A stretch of DNA of 38,876 nucleotides from Neolecta irregularis DAH-3 (Eukaryota): positions 1 through 38,876 of the forward strand of contig LXFE01003900.1 in the NCBI GenBank assembly GCA_001929475.1. Reading direction: 5' to 3'. Below the pieces are notes generated by a model. That model was not told the DNA's origin. It saw only the letters and a list, made by a program, of their open reading frames with translations, and ran no database searches. This document shows, one piece after another, positions 24,828-34,585 of the stretch. The first letter of the stretch is position 1. The number at the start of each line of letters is the position of its first letter. The translations under genes were made by a program, and so were the position numbers.

Positions 24828-27102
24828 CTAGATCAAATTTTCATTTTTCTTCTGAAATAGCCCCTTTCGCAAACTTGATCGGCTTGTAGGTCGTTCACCA
24901 TGCTGTCCGACAGGAGCAGATAAACTCGGACTAGGCGGTCTCTCTTCGATTTTCTCGTTGAGACTACCCGGTACAGATGCGGCTCGAGAGACCGGACGAA
25001 GCAACAATGGTTGGCTTTTAAATTTATTTCGGGCATTAAAAGACGACGAGACACTTGGTCGATCCTGTGAAGGTGTCTGCTGACCCTGTACGTTTCGCAG
25101 ATGTTTGTTGATATGGTGAGCAGTGGTGGCTGTAATGTCTTCTGGTGCACGCGATGGTGATATAGCATCTTGGGGAATAGTAATTGAAACTGGAACGACG
25201 GTAGACCGGCCTTTTTCTTTCCCCGATGTATTACTTTTTCCCGTTTCAGATTGGTTGCGTTTAGCAGTGGATCGTTGAGTAGCTAGAATAATACGTCCAC
25301 CAGTTTCAAAAGGAATTGCAAGACCGGCTCGAGGTCGTGCTGCAATTGGGTCAGATTCGTCCCAAATCGGTTCTTGGATGAGCTCTTCAAGGACATCTGT
25401 AATATGTTATTGAACCCCAATAAAACGAGAAACACCTTCTAGAGTAATAATTCCGATCGGAGGGAGATTTTCAATTTCGTCTCTTGTCCATTGAGGAGAC
25501 TGAGGAGGCGAGATCTGTACAACTGTCGTCTTGGAACCATTGGAGGAATTTCGACTACTGACCCGCGATACTGAATCTGATGCTAGACCAAGGCATTCTG
25601 GTTGCGGAGGAGACGGAATGACGATTGCCATATGAGAATTTCCTTCCTGGAAAGAATTGAGGATGTCAAAGAGACCGAGACTTTCTTGGACAGTGGGCAT
25701 AGCATTGATTTTGATATCTCTCAGGGGGATGGCGTCATCCGGATCGAGCAAGATAAGATTCTGGATGGTAAGATACATAATGCAGGAAATTTACTTTGAC
25801 GAGTAAGGCGCCGACCAATCTTTTCCATTTAATCTCCCCATCATCCGTTTTTGTGCTCGTTTCCTCATATACAGGAACTCGACTATGTCCACTGGCAACG
25901 ATCTCTTTGATCGTCAAACGATCTAATTTGGCATGAAGAGGGAGCATAAATACATCCTGGATCGGCGTGAGAACATCACGAACAGCTGTGCGGTTAGTAA
26001 ATAAACCTTATATCCATGGCATTACATTTCTCTTGTAGATCCAGTGCTCCTCGCATGATGGTAACTGCATCAATGTTTAAATCACCTCCTTCTGGTCGTT
26101 GAGATGAATGGATATTGATCAATTCTTTGAGTTCAGCTCGTCGATAGATGACTCCATGACTATGTGAATGAGACTGACATGCATAGGGAAGGCATACTGA
26201 GCCCCAATCATGCAATCCAACAGCTTCGAGATGGGCCAACTGAGGGGGAGCAACATGTAGATAGCGGCCTGCACAAATCTAAGACATCAACATTTTTTTC
26301 CGTCGAAATGACGTCATACGGAGCAGCATAATACCCAATCGACAGCCCATATTGTGTGCATATCGCCTGGGGCAAAATCTCTGCAAAACTGATCATCAAC
26401 GAAGAATTGATCACGATGGAAACATACATAACGATCAAAGCAGCAGAAATGACGACGGCAAGAACACCCGCTTCAGAATTTAGCTTGTCATTCGACCACC
26501 CAGATACCGCCAAGAGTATCCTCGCTGATAATGGGCAGTGTCTCATTGCATATAACATTTCCCAGAAGGAGTGTAACCAAAAGGAGATGTCCTTTTCTAC
26601 GAAGCGGGAGGATGCGCGAAGCATATTTCCTGGATATCAGTAGGGTGGACTTGCGAAACGGGTGAACCTTTGAAGGGCAGTTCCAGACTGTGCAAGAACC
26701 GAGAGCTGCGTAGCATCCAAGGCCATGTAGCCTAATAGGATCAGACCTTTTATTCAAACCGCAGGAAGGGGAGGATCACCCACCGAGGGTCAACCCGGCG
26801 AATATGCCGGACAGGAGGACGAGCATAGCAATGGCAACGACTGCAGAACATTAGCAACAGCCCACTAATATTGAATAAAACGTGCTCTCTCCAGCCTTGC
26901 TGCCTGCAGAGTGGTTATTTTGATTTCGTTTCAGCAGCCAACCGAATTGAGGCGGGTCAACGGGTGCCGCAGATGCTGATGAAAATCCGGAAGCGCAGCA
27001 TATCGCAAGCAGAGCAAGAATAATTCTGATATTATTGGTTCGGCGAAGCCATGGGAGAAATTCGGTGGTTTCTTTGGGCGCATGCTGGGGCAATAATTTC
27101 AT
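24828..27102 (-). CDS. MAM3: CNNM/DUF21 + CBS-domain metal homeostasis membrane protein
   Basis: SGIFAGLTLG, HLLLVTLLLGNVICNETLPI, FAEILPQAIC, SGHSRVPVYE, FQEGNSHMA, GIITLEDVLEELIQE. Ten introns. Confidence 0.9.
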
Positions 27103-27328
27103 TCAGGGGAGGGCTGGTGGTGTGGAGAACAGATGACGGGTGTGGCGCTTTTGTGGATGCCGGGGCTGAGTTAAGCACGTGCTTCTACAACCCTTTCACC
27201 AACACTGTTCCTGGTTCGCACATGCTGATTTTTGCTCGTCTAATTCCTTGACGTCATCAACCAAACACTTCTCCAAACTTTTCCTTCCAGTAACTACTCT
27301 GTTCTGTCTCTCATCCAAGGCAACAGCA

Positions 27329-28103
27329 ATGCCCTCCTGGCTCAAGTGCTTGCGTACAAAAGCTCCTAAAGAATCCGTACTTGCAGACTTCCTTTCTTCA
27401 GATCGCCAGCTCCTTCTTTTCTCGCGTTTCCCCTCCTCAAAAACACTATATGTTCTTGACAGTTCCTTCAACCCCCCAACCCTGGCTCATCTGGAAATGG
27501 CAAAAAGTGTGGGTGGTCCCGTCCTGCTTCTCCTGTCGACCAGGAACGCTGATAAAGGAGCAATCGAGAGAGAAATCAAAGACAGAATCGAAATGATGCA
27601 AATATTGGCAAATATCATTGGCAGTTGTATTATTGGACTGATTAAAGCTGCTAAGTTTGTCGAGAAGGAGCATATATTAAGGCAATTCGGTCGAGAGCAA
27701 ATCTTTATCGTCGGTTATGACACTTTAGTGCGCATGAAATCCATCATCTTCGTTTAATTCATGCCAGGTTCGTATTCTAGATCCAAAATACTACCCTGAC
27801 GGCCTACGGTCAGAGCTTTCGGATTTTTTCAAACGCGCACGGATAATCTGTAAACTACGCAATGGAATTGCAGGCGAAAGAGAACAGCTAGATATTATAG
27901 AACGGATACGGCTAGGAAAAGCTGATATCCCAGGAGAATGGGCGGATCGGATTGAGATAAAGAAATATGGGGACAGTGCTGTCATTAGCTCAACAGCCGT
28001 AAGGAATGCATGTGCTCAAGGCGATATAAAAAAGCTGGAAGAGCTGGTACCAGAAGCAATAGCGAAGTTTGTACTGCGGAAGAACATGTACGGGCATAAC
28101 TGA
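27329..28103 (+). CDS. POF1: Pof1-like nicotinamide-nucleotide adenylyltransferase (cytidylyltransferase-like family)
   Basis: VLDSSFNPPTLAH, LLLLSTRNADK, KFVEK, GYDTLVRILDPKYY, ISSTAVR. Intron at 27728-27767. Confidence 0.85.
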
Positions 28104-28183
28104 ATGCAGAAGATTGAGGAGGAAGATGTCGGTCACTTTTGAATTTACGAAATATTCCTTCCTGTGTAAAATCGTGCATAAAC

Positions 28184-28711
28184 CTAAGATCTGGGCTATC
28201 GATTTGTTAGTTTATGCTTTGAATTAGGAGGTGTATTCATGCCTTCTCTTTCTTCTCCGTCCATAAAGCCAACAGTGACACACCGGAAACCTTGACAACC
28301 TTGAAACGTACACCTGGAATATCTCCTTTGGCTTTACCCTTTCTTCCAAATCCAGAAAGAAGAACTCTAGAAACGATTATTCAAGGTTCTCCGGAGACCG
28401 AGCACATACTCGTCGTTCTCATCCACATAATTCAAACAACCATCGTTGGGAACAAAGGCAGTAACCTTCTTTCCATTCTTCACGAGCTGAACACGAACAC
28501 ATTTTCGAATAGCAGAGTTGGGCTGTTTAGCTTCGACCGAAATCTTTTCCAGGACAATTCCTTTTGCAAAGGATGCTGCTCCAAAAGGCGATGATTTGAA
28601 AGCAGTCCCGCAAATTCGGCGTTTGAAAGATGGATCAGCCCATCTGTTTTTTCGACGAGAATCTTGAAGCTTTCGCGCGGCTACAAGTCCTCTCGGCTTT
28701 CCTTTTCCCAT
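28184..28711 (-). CDS. RPS23: 40S ribosomal protein uS12 (divergent)
   Basis: MGKGKPRGL...[15 protein letters not shown]...[13 protein letters not shown]...KEKPRS*. Introns at 28409-28367 and 28242-28196 (GC-AG). Confidence 0.95.
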
Positions 28712-28762
28712 ATCGTTGGTTACTAGGTGGGGTTGACGAGCGTCGCTTCTTTGTTGGTGACA

Positions 28763-28770
28763 GGTGACTG
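28763..28770 (-). promoter_or_regulatory. Homol-D-like box upstream of RPS23
   Basis: CAGTCACC on the gene strand about 55 nt upstream of the ATG; 7/8 match to the fission-yeast ribosomal-protein promoter element CAGTCACA. Confidence 0.4.
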
Positions 28771-28834
28771 TGAGGCCAAAACTAATTTACTACCTTTCCT
28801 CAAGTTGAATTTAAGGGCTTTTTCCCTATTGACC

Positions 28835-28878
28835 ACACTCTAACCTAAACAATTAGACACTCTAACCTAAACAATTAG
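28835..28878. repeat. 22-bp perfect tandem duplication in the RPS23 upstream region
   Basis: acactctaacctaaacaattag x2. Confidence 0.9.
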
Positions 28879-29762
28879 AGCTGACAAATGTGTACTAGCA
28901 CAGTTGAATAAACAAAGGAAGTCTCTATATAACCCTAAGCCGCATGGATTAGCACATATAATTCTTTTTCGCAAATGCCGTATACCGATGTATACACTAA
29001 TCGAGCCGCGTTCCTTAGCTATTGAAGTCGATTTTAAACTGTTTTTTGTTTATTCCTTGGCCAATGAATATCATAAAGCTTCCTCTTAACATGTTGATTC
29101 CTAATTCTTGATTTACAATCATTTAGTTTTGATTCTGTAATCACCTCCATTCGGTCCGAGTTACAAAAAGGGAGAAGAGTATCCTGCACCATGATTGTAT
29201 TCTTTGGAGACGTTGATCAATCGTCCAACTAAACTTGAAGTTTTTAGAAAGTATTCTCTGATTTTACCATGACACATTGTGAAAAAGAATGATTGGATAT
29301 TGTACTATATATATCTTAATCCATGGTTTCACATTCTCCAGTGCGCCCTGTACCTCTAAACCTTACAAAGCTCTCTGCTTGAAAATGTTTCGGAGAGCGA
29401 ATCATGATTCGACCTGGACGCTTCTAGGAATAAACGGCACTCGCAAGGTTGTATTTTTATGAATCAAGAAATCACTGTTGATGAATCAGATGGAGAACAT
29501 GATAGGTCGGGTATTACGAAAACTAGAATCCCGTGTATGATACCAAAAGACGAATTTCAATCACGTTTCATTAAAGGAGAGGCAACGTGACTGTCCAGCA
29601 TAGATTAAAAAGATTACACTAACACAGGTGTCAGGAATAAACACGTTGGTAAAAAAGCAATTATATGCACAAAGCAATAGTTCCCGAGCATCAGCAAACA
29701 CCCCCACCATTAAATCGAAAATTCTAAAACAGATTTTAATACATTTTTAAGATTGAAGTTCA

Positions 29763-31658
29763 TTACTCTTTCCCAAGGTCACACTCAGTTGATAATCGAC
29801 CAAGAACGAATTTAGAGCATGAATGCGATGTTTTCAAGATTCGAAACTGCATGAATAAGTAATACGAGCTGAAGAGGCATTGTACATATTCGGTCTTTGG
29901 TGTTCCGAAACAAGTTTTAAATGCTAATCTGACACTTCTATTCTGATATAGGACTCTCCAGAAGGTCGGTCGACAACCGATATCTTTAGCTAACAAATCC
30001 ATATACCTGTCCTGTTAATCAAGGATTAATGAGAAAGACACACGGCAGCCAGTCTACTTCTATGGTGTGTCTTGAACTGGCCATATAACGTTTCCTGCGA
30101 CGATCCTGATCGTGGGCTATCCATGCGTACATTGAAGGTGGAGTAGGTAAAAGTTCGGGCCTTTGAAGCATTGATATTGCCCAACGAGTTTGAATTTCAG
30201 CAACGGGCATTATGGCACCTCTGAACCTGTTAGACGGGTATCGCGAGAAGGCGAGTACAGCGGTTGCACGAGGCCTATGAAAAAGATATTTCGATGAGTT
30301 GGTGGAACAATCATTTTGTACAGCGAAATTTTGTTGTCTTTGGGTGCAATTACTGTTTGATCAAAGAAGGGGAATCCGATCTGTTTCATGTAAGTGCATG
30401 TTTGCCAATAAAGCGAGCTACATTGTAGCCGGTGCAAAAGATCACCGTATCGAATTCCTCTTTCCTGCCATCTGCAAAGAGTATAGAATTCTTGGAAAAC
30501 TTGGTGATTGCAGGTTTCACATTGATTTTCCCGCGAGATATTTTGTCAAAAAGATCACTTTTAACTAGAGCATCAGTCCGTGTCAAAGACAAAAAAAGTG
30601 CGTCGTACTAGTTGGATGACCTTCAAACAAACCACCTTTGGGCTTGAGGTACTCTGGAGTGGAACCAAGTAGTATCGCCGATGTCTTCTGAAACACATTC
30701 TGCAATAGCGATCTCGGCAACGAGCACACGAAACGACTTAACAAAACATCCATCGGCTAAACATCATTAATGACGTGAAAACTCACGTGGAATTCACTTT
30801 TCCATTAAATGTTCTCGGAAGAACCCAAACGCCAGAACGGGAAATAATGGAAACGCTATCTGCCCGCTGTGAGATTTCACAAGCAATGTCGGCACTTGGG
30901 CCAATTAGCCTCGTTACGATGAATTTAATTGCATAAGGATGATCCCGATTTACAGTTCGGAATACCCGAAGAGAGGGGCATGAATGGAAACGACTTACGC
31001 GGAATTTCCGACCCCAATGACAGCCACTCTTTTGTTCTCATATTCATTCGGCCTTGGATGATTAGCCGTTGAACAAAGGTAGGGCTAGCACACAGCCGGT
31101 AGTCTCTACTGTGAATCACGCTTCCTTGAAACTTTTCAATTCCGTCAAAGTGTGGTATACGAGGAATCGAGTGATGGCCTGTACAAACCATTACAGAGTC
31201 AAATACCAATCGCTCCGAGTCAGTTCCGAGTTCCCATTTTTCGCCGTCAAATGGCACACAGCGCCGAACTGGGCAATTGAATCTGATGTATTTTTCCAGG
31301 CCAAAGTGGGAGGCATAGCGAGAGAGATATAGAATTACGTAGTCGTGGGAGAGAAAGAGCGGAAAGGAAGTGGGAATTGGAAAGTCACTGGTACCCAGTG
31401 TTAGTTGTTTGACAGGCAAGAGATATTTACGAGAATCCCGAGATGTCTCGAGAGGTATTCATCGTCACACTTTTGTATACAGATCCGGGGCCGTATCTCC
31501 ATAAACCTGTGGATTTCAGCCAAGGGAGAGGGCATGAACCTGGAAATACCGCCGTAATGGGGTGTTGATTCAAAGCAAACGACTTCATAGTGCGCATCGA
31601 TACATTGCTTAATGGCGGATAGACCCGAGGAGCCAGCACCGATAACAGCGACTTTCAT
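29763..31658 (-). CDS. Flavin-containing monooxygenase (FMO family)
   Basis: VAVIGAGSSG (FAD), FQGSVIHSRDY (FMO signature), VIGVGNS (NADPH), FCTGY, EIQTRW, HTIEVDWLPYMD. Ten introns. Confidence 0.9.
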
Positions 31659-32147
31659 AGAAATAAAATCAAGACAGGAAAAGGAGTAGTAACACGGAGG
31701 GAAGAAGAGGATTATAAAGACTGTGGGGAGGAAAAAGCGTCCCTGTGTCTTTCTGCGGCCACGGCAGTACAAGTATATGGAGCGCGACCAATCGCAACGA
31801 AATATTAAAAGCTCGCGTCAAGTTGGAGTAACCTGGTGCTTGCTTTTATCTTTTTCGATTTGTCAGACCCCTAGGACTTGGCTAGATTCATACCTACCAA
31901 GAAGTCGCAGAATTAAGCGAGATGACAGGCAAGGAATCAAAAGTCGACACGTCAAAATGATCTGCATGCTCATGCTGTTTCTTTAAAAACCTTGGGAATT
32001 AAATAGGCAACAAGTTTTAGTGAGATGAATGTGCGCTTATTCCATGTACAGTACATTATGAACCCCTTCTTTTCTCTGAGGAAAATAGTGGATGCATAGG
32101 TAATCATTTTGTCCAAGGGCGCCCCAAGAAACGTTAGTATATAATAG

Positions 32148-34287
32148 TTACTCATCTAGACCCTCTGGTCCATCATGTCTAGAACGTTAGTCGCTATTAC
32201 TCTTGTCCGACCAAGAAGATACCTCGAATATAACCGGTAATCTTCTTTCGAATCGAATCTAGCGCTCCTTCCGCTTTCTACATCTGTGCGACTGAGATGC
32301 TGTTTAGAGGCAGGCAGTCCCATTGTAAGGAGATATTTTACAGTGTCGTCCCATTCTTTCTGTTTCCGTTTGAAAGACCAAGATAATTCTTCAGATAAAA
32401 TATCAATTACTCTTGGGAGAGCATCTAATGCTGCTTGAGATGATAGAAAGGCCAGTCTACCTCGATCAACTCGTGAAGAAAGGAGAAGTCTACCTCGTCC
32501 GGCGAGCAAGTACATCCACAGCCGTCTGGGCATACTCATTTCTAACGGCATATCGGATCTCTCCCTCAATAAAAGGGTAGAAACTGCTAAGTCTCTTTCC
32601 TCTGACCGGCCAACGTTGACCCGTTTCTTCGGCTATCGCAGCAACACTCCAAGCCCGATCACCATATGAATCAACAAGGTGTTTGGCAACTTCGGTTTCA
32701 AATCCAAATTGTTGGATAAGTTTGATGAAGAGGGTCGGCCTAAAGTGATCGGCGCCGATGAGTTTTAATTGTTCCGTGCGGCATTTGGTCCTGGTGGTTA
32801 GTTTAAATTGCCGAATTGCTTCATCAACGACATCTTCCGCCATTTGTCTATACGTTGTCCATTTCCCTCCTGCAATTGTGATCAACCCACTGGGAGATAC
32901 ATTGATCATATGGTTCCGAACTAGTGACTGTGTGTTTTTTGCGGCTGGATCGCGGACAAGAGGACGGATTCCAGCCCATGCGGCAAGTACGTCGCCCCTC
33001 CTGACATTGATATCCGGGTTCAAGTAGCGTTTTATTTCCGAGAGGATCCAATTTATTTCCTCTTCCTTTGGTAATGGATGTGCCAGGACTGGGGTTTTGG
33101 CGTCTGTTGTTCCGGCAATGCAGTTTCTTCGCATTAGTGTATGAGGCGAGAAGAAAGTACCCTTGCCACGGAAGGAAGAAGATTACTCTTCCATCAGAAG
33201 TTTTAGGGTCTATTAAACCCATTTTCTCAGGAGAGTAGTAGCCTGGCAGTACGACATGAACGCCAGAGGATGGGGCTACTATTTCCTCTATTAACGGATC
33301 GTCTAGTTTCCTCAAAGAATCCGTAAATGGACCAGTCGCATTGATAATAGCCTGATTTTAAATCTTGATTTTCGTTTTAGGGTAATACTTTTGCCGCGAC
33401 ATCCCATTCTTTTCCACTCAAGTTATCTCGAACTGTCGCTCCACATATTTTCCCTTGAATCTTTTGCAACGAGACGACTTCAACGTGATTTGCGACTGTC
33501 GCGCCTTGTAGAACTGCTGTCAACGCGATACTTGTACACATCCGTGAATCATTATGGGACCCATCGTAATAGACTAGTGCTCCCACAAGTTTATCTGGTT
33601 TCAACATGGGGAATGCTTCAAGTGCTTTTCCTCGAGTTAAAAAGTACGATGATTCCATATTGTCTTTTCCGGCGAGCATGTCGTACACTTTGGTACCGGC
33701 CCAATAATATGGACCTTGCCATATTCTTGAATCTTAATCGAAGTACAGAAAGGGGGAAGCACTTGTATATAGGTATCATTATAGGCAAAGCATGCGAGAG
33801 ATGTGGGGCGATATGAAGAAAGGTTGCGCGTTCCCGCAAGGCTTCTTTAACAAGCTTGTACTGCTCGTAATCAAGTTCCTCAGCCAAGTCAGGGGTTTAT
33901 CAGACAAAGGGAGAAGCGTACCAGAAAAGCTTTTTCCAGATACCTCACGCCTCCATGGACAAGTTTCGTCGACCGCGAACTTGTTCCCGCGGCAAAATCA
34001 TCGCGCTCAACAAGAGCGACTTTGAGGCCCCGGCTCGCAGCGTCTAGTGCGGTGCCGCTCCCAGTTGCACCAGCGCCGACGACAAGAAGATCAAATTTTT
34101 CGGTGCGCAGGCTTTCGAGGTGCCTACTGCGCGGAGGCATATGCGGGAATAGGGTGGCATCAGGAAAAGAGTGCGAGTCGTGCTCGGCATGGATTTTCTG
34201 AGTCGGCAGGGCGGTGGTGATACAGACGGCGGTGGTTGCACCAAGGGCGGTAAAGGTAAAAGGCCGCTTCCAAAAATGCCGAAACAT
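32148..34287 (-). CDS. GUT2: Mitochondrial FAD-dependent glycerol-3-phosphate dehydrogenase
   Basis: [59 protein letters not shown]. Six introns. Confidence 0.95.
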
Positions 34288-34501
34288 GAAAAGAGTCGAG
34301 AGGTTGCTGTTGTGCGACTGGAAAAAAAAAGGAGTGTAGGGAAAGGGGATCTCGTCGGGGGAGGAGAGTCGGGGCAGTGGACAGTCGCCGCATCGAGAAT
34401 TTAGATCTCGTAGTTTTGCACCTCCGTGTTTATGTAGATAATAAACACATTATATCCATGTCTGTTTATGTTTGGAGAATATCCATTAGTCATGCTAATC
34501 A

Positions 34502-34521
34502 GCGCGAGCAGCGCGCGTTTT
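34502..34521 (+). promoter_or_regulatory. MCB-like CGCG elements upstream of RNR1
   Basis: gcgcgagcagcgcgcgtttt about 65-85 nt before the ATG. RNR large-subunit genes are classic MBF/MCB targets in yeasts. Confidence 0.45.
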
Positions 34522-34585
34522 CATAAAAGCTCCACCAAACGACACCTGCGTTCCCACTCACCTTCCTCTTTCTATCATTAGAGTT

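Noticed and set aside
28880-29760. Possible small spliced gene between RPS23 and FMO
   Set aside because: One intron-like segment (about 29302-29341) exists, but I could not build a coherent reading frame.
31041-31101. Additional GC donor in FMO (CG|GCTGTG)
   Set aside because: A GT donor 3 nt downstream (CT|GTGTGC) gives the same phase and a better FMO alignment (HSRDYRLP).
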